The notes under the pieces are model-generated. The model saw only the letters and a list, made by a program, of their open reading frames with translations. It was not told the DNA's origin and did not search any database. From Burkholderiaceae bacterium (GTDB lineage Bacteria; Pseudomonadota; Gammaproteobacteria; Burkholderiales; Burkholderiaceae_C): a stretch of DNA of 64,000 nucleotides. Of the stretch, positions 50,314 to 60,143 are shown piece by piece. How positions within the stretch are numbered: position 1 is the stretch's first letter; each line of letters begins with the position of its first letter. A program made the translations under genes and the position numbers. The stretch is from NCBI GenBank assembly GCA_049296795.1, contig JBAQTC010000013.1:90527-154526 (forward strand), written 5' to 3'.

Positions 50314-51555
50314 ATGAGCATAGAAATGATCGAAGACGAAACTTTCAATCTGGGCACCCAAATCAAGGTGATCGGGGTCGGGGGCGGGGGTGGTAACGCG
50401 GTGGAACACATGATTTCCAGTGCGGTACAAGGGGTCGAGTTCATTTGCGCCAACACGGATGCTCAGGCTCTGAGCCGAAGCGCGGCGCACAAAGTGATCC
50501 AGCTCGGCAGTACGGGCTTGGGTGCGGGTAGCAAACCCGACAAAGGTCGTGATGCAGCCGAACAAGCGGTGGCTGACATCCGAGATGCGATAGAAGGCGC
50601 ACACATGTTGTTCATTACCGCCGGACTCGGTGGCGGAACGGGCACTGGTGCGGCGCCCGTGATTGCTCGGGTTGCCAAAGAAATGGGGATCCTCACCGTG
50701 GGCGTGGTGACCAAGCCGTTTGATTGGGAGGGCGGTCGACGCATGAGCAATGCCGATTGCGGCCTGGCCGAATTGGAAGCGAATGTTGATTCCCTGATCG
50801 TGGTGTTGAACGAAAAACTGATTGACGTGTTGGGTGACGATGTGACGCAGGACGAAGCGTTTGCCCATGCCAACGATGTGCTGAAGAATGCGGTCGGTGG
50901 CATCGCCGAAATCATCAATGTTCCCGGCCATGTCAATGTGGACTTTGAGGACGTTCGTACCGTGATGGGCGAGCCTGGCAAAGCCATGATGGGAACAGCC
51001 GTGGCCAGTGGGCCGGATCGGGCTCGGCTCGCTGCCGAGCAGGCCGTAGCTTGTCCTTTGCTCGAAGGGATCGATTTGTCGGGTGCCAAAGGGGTTCTGG
51101 TGTTGATTTCGGCAGCCAAAGGTTCGCTCAAGCTCAGCGAGTCCAGAACGGCCATGACCACCATACGTAACTTCGCTTCTCCCGATGCCCATGTGATTTA
51201 TGGCACGGCTTACGATGACGAGTTGGCCGATGGTATTCGGGTGACCGTGGTAGCCACTGGACTGTCACGCCAAGGTCAACGCCGTAGTGCACCACCGTTA
51301 CAGGTGTTGCGAACCGGAACTGACAATGTGCCGTTCAATGTGCCGACCCTGAACACCATTGTGACGGCCAGCGCAAATAATCCGGTTGCTTCCTCGTTGG
51401 CGATGGGCTTGGCCGATTCAGGCAATATGGCGATCCCCACCATTTGGAGAACATCCAAAGACCGGACCCATGCTTCAGCCCGGGTCGATGCTTTGGCTTC
51501 AGGCGGCATGGAAGATTTTGAGATTCCCGCCTTCCTGCGCAAACAAGCGGATTGA
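50314..51555 (+). CDS. ftsZ: cell division protein FtsZ
   Basis: Tubulin signature GGGTGTGAAPVIA, NTDAQAL, and a C-terminal conserved peptide DFEIPAFLRKQAD. Confidence 0.97.
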   Translation: MSIEMIEDETFNLGTQIKVIGVGGGGGNAVEHMISSAVQGVEFICANTDAQALSRSAAHKVIQLGSTGLGAGSKPDKGRDAAEQAVADIRDAIEGAHMLFITAGLGGGTGTGAAPVIARVAKEMGILTVGVVTKPFDWEGGRRMSNADCGLAELEANVDSLIVVLNEKLIDVLGDDVTQDEAFAHANDVLKNAVGGIAEIINVPGHVNVDFEDVRTVMGEPGKAMMGTAVASGPDRARLAAEQAVACPLLEGIDLSGAKGVLVLISAAKGSLKLSESRTAMTTIRNFASPDAHVIYGTAYDDELADGIRVTVVATGLSRQGQRRSAPPLQVLRTGTDNVPFNVPTLNTIVTASANNPVASSLAMGLADSGNMAIPTIWRTSKDRTHASARVDALASGGMEDFEIPAFLRKQAD

Positions 51556-51568
51556 TGTTGACTTAAGA

Positions 51569-51590
51569 CCAGGGGGCTAAGACCCCCTGG
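51569..51590 (+). terminator. GC-rich hairpin between ftsZ and lpxC (possible attenuator/terminator; no U-tract)
   Basis: CCAGGGGG-CTAAGA-CCCCCTGG, an 8-bp perfect stem, 14 nt after the ftsZ stop. Confidence 0.3.
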
Positions 51591-51624
51591 CAAAGAATGG
51601 GTTGGTAAAAAGTAAAATCAGCAG

Positions 51625-52548
51625 GTGCTACAACAAAGAACGCTCAAATCCCTGACCAAGGCGGTCGGTGTCGGCCTGCACAGTGGCCAGCGGGTTGAGC
51701 TTACCTTGCGTCCAGCCCAGCCCGATACCGGCATTGTTTTCCGACGAACGGACTTGGCTTTGCCGGTCGATATTGTGGTGTCAGCCACGGCCGTGACCGA
51801 TACCCGACTGGCTTCCACCCTGTCCAGCGGCAATGTCAAGGTGTTGACGGTCGAACACCTGATGTCGGCATGCGCCGGCTTGGGAATCGACAATATGTAC
51901 GTTGATATCACGGCCGAAGAAATACCCATTCTGGACGGCTCTGCCGCCTCGTTTGTGTTCTTATTGCAAACCGCTGGCATTGCGCTACAAAATGCGCCGC
52001 GTCGGTTCGTTCGGCTCTTGAAAACGGTTGAAGTGCGCGAAGGCCAGGGCGAGAATGTCAAGTGGGCGAAGCTCGATCCTTTCCATGGGTTCAAGCTCAG
52101 TTTTGAGATTGATTTTGACCACCCGGCAGTCGACTCCACTGGGCAACGGGTTGAGTTTGATATGAGCGTGCATTCCTACTCGCGCGACATCGCCCGGGCC
52201 CGAACTTTCGGTTTTACCAAAGACGTCGAATCGCTGCGTTCCAAAGGCCTGGCCCTGGGCGGGGGACTGGACAACGCGATCGTGATGGACGACTACAAGG
52301 TGCTCAATGCCGAAGGCTTGCGCTATGACGACGAATTCGTCAAACACAAAATTCTTGATGCCATGGGCGACCTCTATCTTCTGGGCCGGCCCTTGCTGGC
52401 CAGCTACAGCGCATTTCGCTCGGGCCACGACCTGAACAATAAGTTATTACGCGAATTGCTATCGCGCCCAGACGCGTGGGAGCTGGCGAGTTTTTCCGAT
52501 GAAAAACTCGCGCCCAAAGGGTTTTCTCAAGTTGCACGGGCCTGGTAG
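51625..52548 (+). CDS. lpxC: UDP-3-O-acyl-N-acetylglucosamine deacetylase
   Basis: (M)[28 protein letters not shown] and [10 protein letters not shown] motifs. The start is GTG. Confidence 0.95.
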   Translation: MLQQRTLKSLTKAVGVGLHSGQRVELTLRPAQPDTGIVFRRTDLALPVDIVVSATAVTDTRLASTLSSGNVKVLTVEHLMSACAGLGIDNMYVDITAEEIPILDGSAASFVFLLQTAGIALQNAPRRFVRLLKTVEVREGQGENVKWAKLDPFHGFKLSFEIDFDHPAVDSTGQRVEFDMSVHSYSRDIARARTFGFTKDVESLRSKGLALGGGLDNAIVMDDYKVLNAEGLRYDDEFVKHKILDAMGDLYLLGRPLLASYSAFRSGHDLNNKLLRELLSRPDAWELASFSDEKLAPKGFSQVARAW

Positions 52549-52560
52549 GCGGAATCAACC

Positions 52561-52737
52561 ATGTTGTTGTTTCGATGGCTAATCTTGATCTTGTTGCTGG
52601 GCGCCGTGGTGTCGTTCGCTTTTTTCGCCGCGACTGGGCAAGCACACTACAAGCGCTATGGCCTGTTGACCTTGAAATGGACCCTGATCGCGGCTTTTGG
52701 ATTCTTTGCTGTCCTGATTTTGGAGCGTGTGGCCTGA
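52561..52737 (+). CDS. small hypothetical membrane protein (58 aa, two predicted TM helices)
   Basis: ATG 52561 to TGA 52737 reads MLLFRWLILILLLGAVVSFAFFAATGQAHYKRYGLLTLKWTLIAAFGFFAVLILERVA. It is below the 60-aa cutoff of the supplied ORF track and lies 12 nt after lpxC. Confidence 0.45.
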   Translation: MLLFRWLILILLLGAVVSFAFFAATGQAHYKRYGLLTLKWTLIAAFGFFAVLILERVA

Positions 52738-52761
52738 GCTTGACTGCTCCAGCTTAGCGGC

Positions 52762-53304
52762 TCAGCGACTGCGGCCGTCTTTGTAGCTGCTGTTGCCTGT
52801 GCCACCGCCAGCCTGGGCGATTCGAGCTAAAGCTTTGCCTGCATGGGCATGTGTGATAGCCAGGCCCAGCGCATCAGCGGCATCGGGCCCTGGAAGTCCC
52901 GGTAAATTGAGAAGTCGTTTGACCATTTCCTGCACCTGATTTTTTTGGGCCCGACCATAGCCCACCACCGCTTGTTTCATTTGCAGCGCCGTGTATTCCG
53001 CAACTTGCAAGTTGGATGAAACCAGCGCCGTCAAACACGCGCCTCGCGCTTGACCGAGCAATAAAGTGGATTGGGGGTTGACATTGACAAAAACGATTTC
53101 GACACAAGCCTTGTCGGGTTGGTAACGAGAAACCACTTCGACGATCCCATCGAACAGCACTTTAAGCCGTTGCGGCAGTTGCTTGGTCTCCAGCGCGGTG
53201 GTGCTAATAGTGCCGCTGGCCACGTAACTCAGGGCTGAACCAGCCACATCAATCAAGCCAAAACCTGTGGTGCGTAAGCCGGGGTCAATACCAAGAATGC
53301 GCAT
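52762..53304 (-). CDS. ruvC: crossover junction endodeoxyribonuclease RuvC
   Basis: [20 protein letters not shown], and C-terminal [13 protein letters not shown]. Confidence 0.95.
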   Translation of the reverse strand: MRILGIDPGLRTTGFGLIDVAGSALSYVASGTISTTALETKQLPQRLKVLFDGIVEVVSRYQPDKACVEIVFVNVNPQSTLLLGQARGACLTALVSSNLQVAEYTALQMKQAVVGYGRAQKNQVQEMVKRLLNLPGLPGPDAADALGLAITHAHAGKALARIAQAGGGTGNSSYKDGRSR

Positions 53305-53319
53305 GGGTGTGCCGCTGGA

Positions 53320-54315
53320 TCAAAGTCCGAAGTACCAACGTACCGAGTGGAAGAAGACGGGTGCGGCAAAACACAGGGCATCGACTCGATCGAGTAAACC
53401 CCCAGCTCCCGTGACTGAGCGACCTTTGGCGCCCCAATTGGTCACGCCACGATCACGCTTGAGTGCTTTCATCACCAAGTGACCCAAGGTGCCTGCACTG
53501 CAAGCGATGAACGACAGTGCGAATGCCTGGCCCGGAACAAAAGGCGTGATGCCGGCGAGCAGGGCACCAAACACACTGGCTACACCGATGCCGATCAAAG
53601 CGCTTTGCCAATTGAAGCTCAAGCTGATTTGAGGTGCCACAGGCGCTCGGATCAAGTGGCGCGAGACCACATGTTGAACCACCATGCAGGTCTGAACCAC
53701 GATCACCAGAAAAAGTGCCAACAATTCGTTGTTGTGATTGGGGTTGCGGAAATCCAGCAACAACAGCGCCGGTACATGGCTCATGCCGAAGACACACACC
53801 ATGATGCCCCATTGCAGTTTGGCATTCCGTTCCAAAAAACGCAGGGGGTCATTGGCCAACGCGCTGACAGCCGGTAGGGCCAAGAAAACAAAGACCGGAA
53901 TGAACACGGAGAACAGATTGAAACGCTCGGTCCCGACTAACCAGTACTGCGCAGGTAGCACCAGAAAAAAAGTCAGGATCAAGCTGCGGTGGTCACCGCG
54001 GCGAGTCGGAGACAGGGTCAGGAATTCCCGCAAAATAAAAAACGAAATCAGGCCGAACAACAAAGTAGTTACCCAAGCGCCTAAAACCCAGCCCACCCAA
54101 AACACCAGAGCCAGAATCCAGCTGGTCCCCAAAACAGCTTCAAAGCTGTGCAGCTCATCGTGATGGGCAAGTGCCAAGGCGGGGTCGCGATGTTGCCGCA
54201 GTGAAAGAACCAAGGCCATCACGCTGGCCAGCAGCAACATACCGAAAATCAGCAGAAACAGGGCGCCAAGCTGTTGCGTGCTGTTGAGCTGACGCAGGTA
54301 CTGGAACATGCTCAT
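53320..54315 (-). CDS. phosphatidate cytidylyltransferase family protein (CdsA paralogue)
   Basis: Polytopic membrane protein with a C-terminal LKRDRGVTNWG...GAGGLLDRVDALCF resembling the CTP_transf_1 signature. ATG 54315 overlaps the upstream stop (ATGA). Confidence 0.75.
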   Translation of the reverse strand: MSMFQYLRQLNSTQQLGALFLLIFGMLLLASVMALVLSLRQHRDPALALAHHDELHSFEAVLGTSWILALVFWVGWVLGAWVTTLLFGLISFFILREFLTLSPTRRGDHRSLILTFFLVLPAQYWLVGTERFNLFSVFIPVFVFLALPAVSALANDPLRFLERNAKLQWGIMVCVFGMSHVPALLLLDFRNPNHNNELLALFLVIVVQTCMVVQHVVSRHLIRAPVAPQISLSFNWQSALIGIGVASVFGALLAGITPFVPGQAFALSFIACSAGTLGHLVMKALKRDRGVTNWGAKGRSVTGAGGLLDRVDALCFAAPVFFHSVRWYFGL

Positions 54316-54923
54316 ACGTCGCGCAAAGCGATCACCGTGCTGCGGGCGCGCTGCAAAAAATCTTGCCGATCTTCGTTGGTTTCGATTTGCATGGGTGCGC
54401 CGAAGGTCACCGAGCACAGCAAAGGAACCGGGACTACTTCACCTTTGGGCATGACCCGCTGCACATTGTTGATCCAGGCCGGAATCAGGGCGACGTCGGG
54501 AAACTGCTGCGCCAGGTTGAATAGACCGGCCTTGAAGGCTTGCGGTTCTTCGGCGCTGCCCCGGGTTCCCTCGGGGAACAGGATGATCGACTCACCTTGG
54601 CGTAAGGCTGCCACCAGAGGCTCCAGCGGATCCTGGCCGCCGGATCGATCGCGATCGACATAGATGGCATTGAACACGGCACTGGTCAACCAGCGCCGCA
54701 GAGGCGATTGCGTCCAATAGTCTTTGGCCGCGATGGGGCGGGTGATCTGACGCAATTCCTGCGGCAAAGCGGCCCAAATCATCACCAGATCAATGTGACT
54801 TTGGTGGTTGGCGAAATAAATTCGCTGCTCGGCAACGGGCGGGCAACCATGCCAGCGGGCTTGGGCTCCAGTCAACGCACGGACTAGGCCCAGGATGAGG
54901 CTGCTCATGAATTTGGCAAACAT
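54312..54923 (-). CDS. lysophospholipid (1-acyl-sn-glycerol-3-phosphate) acyltransferase family protein
   Basis: NHQSHIDL (HxxxxD) and FPEGTRG motifs. ATG 54923 is preferred because the track start at 54992 would overlap mtgA. Confidence 0.8.
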   Translation of the reverse strand: MFAKFMSSLILGLVRALTGAQARWHGCPPVAEQRIYFANHQSHIDLVMIWAALPQELRQITRPIAAKDYWTQSPLRRWLTSAVFNAIYVDRDRSGGQDPLEPLVAALRQGESIILFPEGTRGSAEEPQAFKAGLFNLAQQFPDVALIPAWINNVQRVMPKGEVVPVPLLCSVTFGAPMQIETNEDRQDFLQRARSTVIALRDV

Positions 54924-54945
54924 GGCGCGAATGATAAAGGCATCT

Positions 54946-55713
54946 TCAAGGTAATTTGGCATCGCCCATGCGGGCCATGATGGACAGTGCACGATCAGCC
55001 AGATAAACCGAGTCGGGAAGTTTTTCGTAGACGCGGGGCCGCGGCAGCATCACGGCCAAACGGGCCGCCTCAAATGCGTTGAGCTGGGAAGCTGGCTTGC
55101 GGAAATAATGCTGGGCTGCGGCTTCGGCGCCAAACACCCCGGTTCCCCATTCGACGTGATTCAGGTAGATCTCAAGAATGCGCTGCTTGCTCAGCATCTT
55201 CTCCAACAACAAAGTCAATACAAATTCCTGAGATTTGCGCAGCAAAGTGCGTTCGCCCGATAAAAACAGATTTTTGGCCAGCTGTTGGGTGATGGTGGAG
55301 CCACCTACTACTTTGACCCGGGGACTCGCCAAGTGGTTGGCTGAGGTCGTCACTGGCCCTGATTTGGAAGACTTGGTGGCGTTTTGTTTGGCCGCCAGTT
55401 GCTCGGCTTTGGCATTTTTTTCCCAGGCTTTCTCCATCGCCTCCCAGTCCAGCCCCTCATGTTGGTTGAAGCTGCCGTCTTCGGATGCAATCACCGCTCG
55501 TTTCAGGTGGTTGGATATCGAGGGGTAATCCACCCATTGCTGGCGCCAACGCAAGCGACCGGATTGTTGCAGGATGTGCCAGGCTTGCGAGCGCTCGAAG
55601 CTGGTCGATTGAGGTGCCAGTACGGCCATCAAGGCAATGCTCACGACAAAAAAAATCTGCAATGCGAGCACCGCAGCACACAACAAAATCAACCAGCGAA
55701 ACAAGGCTTTCAT
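54946..55713 (-). CDS. mtgA: monofunctional biosynthetic peptidoglycan transglycosylase
   Basis: GT51 motifs ASEDGSFNQHEG, GGSTITQQLAKN and RILEIYLN. About 255 aa with an N-terminal TM anchor. Confidence 0.9.
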   Translation of the reverse strand: MKALFRWLILLCAAVLALQIFFVVSIALMAVLAPQSTSFERSQAWHILQQSGRLRWRQQWVDYPSISNHLKRAVIASEDGSFNQHEGLDWEAMEKAWEKNAKAEQLAAKQNATKSSKSGPVTTSANHLASPRVKVVGGSTITQQLAKNLFLSGERTLLRKSQEFVLTLLLEKMLSKQRILEIYLNHVEWGTGVFGAEAAAQHYFRKPASQLNAFEAARLAVMLPRPRVYEKLPDSVYLADRALSIMARMGDAKLP

Positions 55714-56570
55714 GGCGTCAGCAGTTTGGCTTCAAGCTTGTCATCACGGGTGAATCGAAAGCGAGAAATCAAATGGAGTTGATCGGCCTGATGCTTCATT
55801 TGGGCGCTGAAGGGTCCAAACGGGGCTGTGCTTTGGGCAATCGCTTCGGCTCTTCGGTCCAGAATACGGTTGCCTGAACTCTGAACCACTTCGGTAGCGA
55901 GCAGTCGGCCGTCATGGTTGACGCTCACAATCATGGTGAGCTCGCCGTACAGTTTCTTGCCACCAGCCACGGGGAAATTTTCGGTTCCCTTGGTTTCAAT
56001 GGAGCGGCGCAGCGTGTCGTAATACAGGGCGTAAATTTCTTCCCGGGTTGCCGGGCTCACATAGCGTTTTTTGGAGCGAGCGTTTTCCTGCTGAATGCGG
56101 CGCTCGATTTCGGCCAACAAGTCAATCAATTCACGGCGTTTCTCTTCGCGCTCGATTTGTTCGGCCGTGGCCTGTGCCGCACGCGGGGCGGGCAGGGCAG
56201 GCAAACTGTCGAGCTGTTGTTTGACTTTGGCTAACAACAATGTTTGTTGTTCTTGCATGGCCTGGAGCTGACGCCGGCTGGGGTCTTCCAGCGCATCTCC
56301 ACTTGCCAGCCAGCTCGATGGGGGCAGGGGACTGGTTGCACGGTTTTGTCCGGGCTCGCCACCACCGCTCAAGTTGTGTTGCGCCACAGCCTGGGCTTGA
56401 CGGGGACGGTCTTGGCTGCGGGCATTGACCAAAATCACTTCCAGCGCGGTGTCCTGAAACACCCGGTTGAATGCGATCGGGTCAACCCAGCGCACCGTCA
56501 GTAGCAGCAGATGGACAGCGATCGAGGCACCGAGTGCCCACTGTAAAGGGCTGAAAGAGCCCGGTTTCAT
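55710..56570 (-). CDS. TonB-like energy-transducer family protein
   Basis: An N-terminal TM segment (WALGASIAVHLLLLTV), a charged/coiled central region, and a C-terminal TonB_C-like domain (GELTMIVSVNHDGRLLATEVVQSSGNRILDRRA). Both junctions are ATGA overlaps. Confidence 0.65.
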   Translation of the reverse strand: MKPGSFSPLQWALGASIAVHLLLLTVRWVDPIAFNRVFQDTALEVILVNARSQDRPRQAQAVAQHNLSGGGEPGQNRATSPLPPSSWLASGDALEDPSRRQLQAMQEQQTLLLAKVKQQLDSLPALPAPRAAQATAEQIEREEKRRELIDLLAEIERRIQQENARSKKRYVSPATREEIYALYYDTLRRSIETKGTENFPVAGGKKLYGELTMIVSVNHDGRLLATEVVQSSGNRILDRRAEAIAQSTAPFGPFSAQMKHQADQLHLISRFRFTRDDKLEAKLLTP

Positions 56571-58618
56571 GGCGGCGGCGGTTCACTACCCGACATGGCG
56601 CTGTCTGACAGGTCCATCGCAATCGCAATCGGGCCCGCCACGCTGTCTTCGTCCTCCTCCTCGCTCGTGATCGCAGTGGCTTGTTGGTCTAGCCACTCAA
56701 TCAAACTGCCGCTAACATCGAGCGTCATTTCATCGATCGCGCCGAGTTTGATTCGGACCCGGGCGCCGCGCGGTAACTCTTGGATGCCGAACACCGGTAA
56801 AACCAGTGGCAACGTTTCGGCCCGGACCATGCCCTCTTTAAAAACGGTGCCCACCAACTCGGTGAGTCCTTGCTGTTGCACATGTTTGAGCGTCCAGTAG
56901 CGCTCCATCGCGCCCTGGTAGCCGTTGTAAGTGCTGTAGGCTGCGTCGAAACCTGAGATCACCGAAAACAGCTCGGCGTCCTTGGGTTTGAAGGGTGCAG
57001 CCAGCGCTGCGGTTTTCCCATGCCGTGCGCAGGCAATGATTTGCCACTGGTTGACCAGATCGGTGTAGCGGCGCAGCGGCGAGGTGCTCCAAGCGTAGCT
57101 TTTTACGCCAATGCCCGCGTGGGGCAGGGCTTTGGTACCCATTCGGACTTTGACGCCAGGAGCCAGACTGGCTTGGCTGCGATAAATCGCCGGCACCCCC
57201 AGTTCGGCCAGCCAGTTACCCCAAGTGCTGTTGGCCAAGATCATGCATTCAGCCACCATCAAATCGAGCGGTGCGCCTCGCTGGCGCAGGCTGATTTGTA
57301 CTTGCTCATCGCCAGTGGGCTGCTTTCCTTCAAGACCGAGCAGTTTGAAGTTGAAGTCGGGGCGATTAAAAGTCTCGGGTTTGCCGCGCACCTGTTCGCG
57401 CTGGGCTTTGAGTGCTTGTGCCAAACGGTAAATAAAACTCAAGGTGGGGCGCAACTCGTCCATGAGCTGGGGGGCGGACCCGTCTGGCAGCGCAGCATCG
57501 GTTTGCGCTAGCCACTGTTCGGTGACCAGAGAATCGAGCTGGTCGTGGCGCAAATTGGCAACGATCGGAACCCGTTCCAGCTTGGTCTCGGTGCTTCGAA
57601 TTTCCAGTGAAGTTTCGTCCAGCGTCAGGTAGAGCGATAGTGCCGGGCAATGACGCCCTTCTTGCAAGGTGTAGTTTTGCACCACGGCATCGGGCAGCAT
57701 GGTGATTTTGAAGCCAGGCATGTAGACCGTTGAAAAGCGAGCTCGGCCCAGTTGATCTATCGCATCACCCGGCTGCAGCGCCAGACCCGGGGCGGCAATG
57801 TGAATTCCGAGAATGACGGTGCCACTGCCCAAACCTTGCAGCGACAAGGCATCGTCGATTTCGGTGGTGGCCGAGTCGTCGATCGAAAACGCGCGTACTT
57901 TCGCGGTAGGCAAATCCTCTGTGATGGCGGGGGCTTGCAGTGCAGGAAACCCAATGCCTTTGGGGAAGTTTTCGAACAAAAACCGTTGCCAGTGGAACTG
58001 GTAGGGTGAGCTGATGGCACCGGTTTGTTGCAGCAAGGCCAGTGGCGCGGTGTGACTGGCTCGTGAGGCTTCGACCACGGCCTTGTACTCGGGGGCATTT
58101 TTGTCGGGCTTGAACAAGATTTTGTAGAGCTGCTCTTGAATCGGTGCCGGACAGACCCCTTGCTTCAATTCTTGGGCCCATTGCTCGATTTGCTGTTGCA
58201 GCTGTTTTTTCTTCTCGATGGCCGCCAGTGCTTGGGCAATGATATCGGCCGGCGCTTTGCGAAAACGACCTTTGCCGGCACGTCGGAAATAGTGCGGAGC
58301 TTCGGCCAAGCGAAGCAAAGCTGCGGTCTGCTGTTCTAGGGTCGGCTTGTCACTGAAATAGACCTGTGCCAGCTCGACAAAGCCAAACTCGACTTCGGGG
58401 GCAAATTCCCAGGCCAGCTCCAGTTCTATCGATGGGCTTAAGGCCTGGGCGGCACTGAGGAGCGCGGCCGGTTGCGGGTTGTCAAATTTCAACAGTGAAT
58501 TGGCGGTCTTGACTTTGACTCTTTTGCCGCTGTCGAGTTCGACCTGTGCCGAAGCATCGGTCTGCGACAGCACTCGACCGGCCAGGATTTTTCCGGCATC
58601 TTCAAACAATAAAAACAT
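56567..58618 (-). CDS. RNB-domain exoribonuclease (RNase II/R family)
   Basis: 683 aa. An N-terminal OB-like region is followed by an RNB core (FSIDDSATTEIDDALS, HAGIGVKSYAWSTSPLRRYTDLVN). Confidence 0.85.
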   Translation of the reverse strand: MFLLFEDAGKILAGRVLSQTDASAQVELDSGKRVKVKTANSLLKFDNPQPAALLSAAQALSPSIELELAWEFAPEVEFGFVELAQVYFSDKPTLEQQTAALLRLAEAPHYFRRAGKGRFRKAPADIIAQALAAIEKKKQLQQQIEQWAQELKQGVCPAPIQEQLYKILFKPDKNAPEYKAVVEASRASHTAPLALLQQTGAISSPYQFHWQRFLFENFPKGIGFPALQAPAITEDLPTAKVRAFSIDDSATTEIDDALSLQGLGSGTVILGIHIAAPGLALQPGDAIDQLGRARFSTVYMPGFKITMLPDAVVQNYTLQEGRHCPALSLYLTLDETSLEIRSTETKLERVPIVANLRHDQLDSLVTEQWLAQTDAALPDGSAPQLMDELRPTLSFIYRLAQALKAQREQVRGKPETFNRPDFNFKLLGLEGKQPTGDEQVQISLRQRGAPLDLMVAECMILANSTWGNWLAELGVPAIYRSQASLAPGVKVRMGTKALPHAGIGVKSYAWSTSPLRRYTDLVNQWQIIACARHGKTAALAAPFKPKDAELFSVISGFDAAYSTYNGYQGAMERYWTLKHVQQQGLTELVGTVFKEGMVRAETLPLVLPVFGIQELPRGARVRIKLGAIDEMTLDVSGSLIEWLDQQATAITSEEEDEDSVAGPIAIAMDLSDSAMSGSEPPPP

Positions 58619-58697
58619 GGGCCTATTGTCCCATGACGGGGGGATTTATCAGCCCGACGGCCAAGCGACAGGGCTGGAACTGTCTGGATCGAGTCAG

Positions 58698-59210
58698 TCA
58701 GGCGGCAAGCCGTCGAATGTCGGTCACGGGCAAGGAAATGGTTTGTGGCTTGGAGAACAGCTGCATCAGCACCAGCACACGCTGGATCCCGTCGGCTTGT
58801 TGGTAAATGCCTTCTAGCCCTTTGAACGGGCCTGAAGTCACTTTGACCGCGTCGGATGGCTCAAGCAAATTCTTTTTGATTTGCTCGGCATGCATCAGAC
58901 GCGTAACGATGCCTTCGGGCACGCGGCCATAGTCGTTACCAAAACGAACCAGGCTGGTCACGCCCAACGTACTGCGGATCGGAAGCCAGTTGCTTTTGAT
59001 ATTGTCGAGTTGGATGAACAGGTAGCGCGGGAACAAGGGTTCAACCGATTCAAGCTTGCGACCCGCCTGGATTTTCTCCACCAGCAAGGTGGGCAGATAG
59101 ACGGCATAGCCCTGTTCAATCAGGTTGTCCATCGCCCGCCATTCTTGGCGTGGCTTGGAAAAAACCAGATGCCAGTGGCCATTGTTTTGTGGCACGGGAT
59201 TTTGACTCAT
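58698..59210 (-). CDS. NusG-paralogue transcription antiterminator (RfaH-like)
   Basis: WHLVFSKPRQEWRAMDNLIEQGYAVYLP...EPLFPRYLFIQ (NGN domain) and a C-terminal KOW (VKVTSGPFKGLEGIY). The start is ambiguous, with in-frame ATGs at 59210, 59240 and 59261. Confidence 0.8.
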   Translation of the reverse strand: MSQNPVPQNNGHWHLVFSKPRQEWRAMDNLIEQGYAVYLPTLLVEKIQAGRKLESVEPLFPRYLFIQLDNIKSNWLPIRSTLGVTSLVRFGNDYGRVPEGIVTRLMHAEQIKKNLLEPSDAVKVTSGPFKGLEGIYQQADGIQRVLVLMQLFSKPQTISLPVTDIRRLAA

Positions 59211-59414
59211 TGTTTCTTCGATGGTGACGGAAGTATCCATTAAATTCAGTAACTGCGTCATTTTTGTGCCCCCCCATTGCTTATCAGACTGATTATTTTT
59301 TGATTATGGGGTAAATCCGATTGCTGTACATCCCCTGAACAGGGGATGTGTTGGGGGCCCGCTATTGCACCTGTGCGGTTATGCTGTGGCAAGATCTCGA
59401 AGGGTAAAGAATCG

Positions 59415-60143
59415 ATGGTTCAGTGGCGCGTCATGATTGTTGAGGACAACAGGCAGCTCAGTCATTTTCTGGGTGCCAGCGTTGTGGCTTGTCCTCAGCT
59501 GAGCTTGGTCAGCAGTGTGGCAAGCGTGGCAGAGGCTCGGGCCTGTCTCGATCAGCAGGCCAGCTTGATTGATGTGATGTTGGTTGATTTGGGTCTGCCC
59601 GATGGCAGTGGCCTGGACGTGATTCGCCTAGCCCGTGAGTTGAACCCGGCCTGCGAAGCTCTGGTAATTTCCATGTTCGGTGATGAGGCCAATGTGCTCG
59701 CCAGTATTGAGGCCGGGGCGCTGGGCTACATCCATAAAGATGCCGCGCCCACCGACATTGCCAACACCATTTTGGAAATGAAGGCGGGTGCTTCTCCGAT
59801 TTCCCCAATGATTGCGCGCACTGTTCTCAACAAATACCGGGGTAGTTCCCAGTCTGGCGAGCTTGAGCCTGACAACTTTGTCCAGCCGAAGACTCAGGAT
59901 AAGGGCTTGTCTGAAATCGCGCAATTAGCTGTTCCAGGGGTGCTACCATCACGGCGCGAGCGCGAGGTGTTGGAGTTGGTGGCGCGTGGATTTTCTTATG
60001 GCGAAATTGCCCAGCTGCAACACATTAGCATTCATACCGTTCAGACGCACATCAAGCATCTTTATGCCAAGCTGTCAGTGCACTCCAGAAACGAAGCAGT
60101 CTATGAGGCCACTCGAATGGGTTGGCTGGGCGCCCCTGATTAG
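59415..60143 (+). CDS. NarL/FixJ (LuxR-type HTH) family response regulator
   Basis: Receiver domain (VMIVEDN...DVMLVDLGLPDGSG) and a C-terminal LSRREREVLELVARGFSYGEIAQLQHISIHTVQTHIKHLYAKL. Confidence 0.9.
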   Translation: MVQWRVMIVEDNRQLSHFLGASVVACPQLSLVSSVASVAEARACLDQQASLIDVMLVDLGLPDGSGLDVIRLARELNPACEALVISMFGDEANVLASIEAGALGYIHKDAAPTDIANTILEMKAGASPISPMIARTVLNKYRGSSQSGELEPDNFVQPKTQDKGLSEIAQLAVPGVLPSRREREVLELVARGFSYGEIAQLQHISIHTVQTHIKHLYAKLSVHSRNEAVYEATRMGWLGAPD

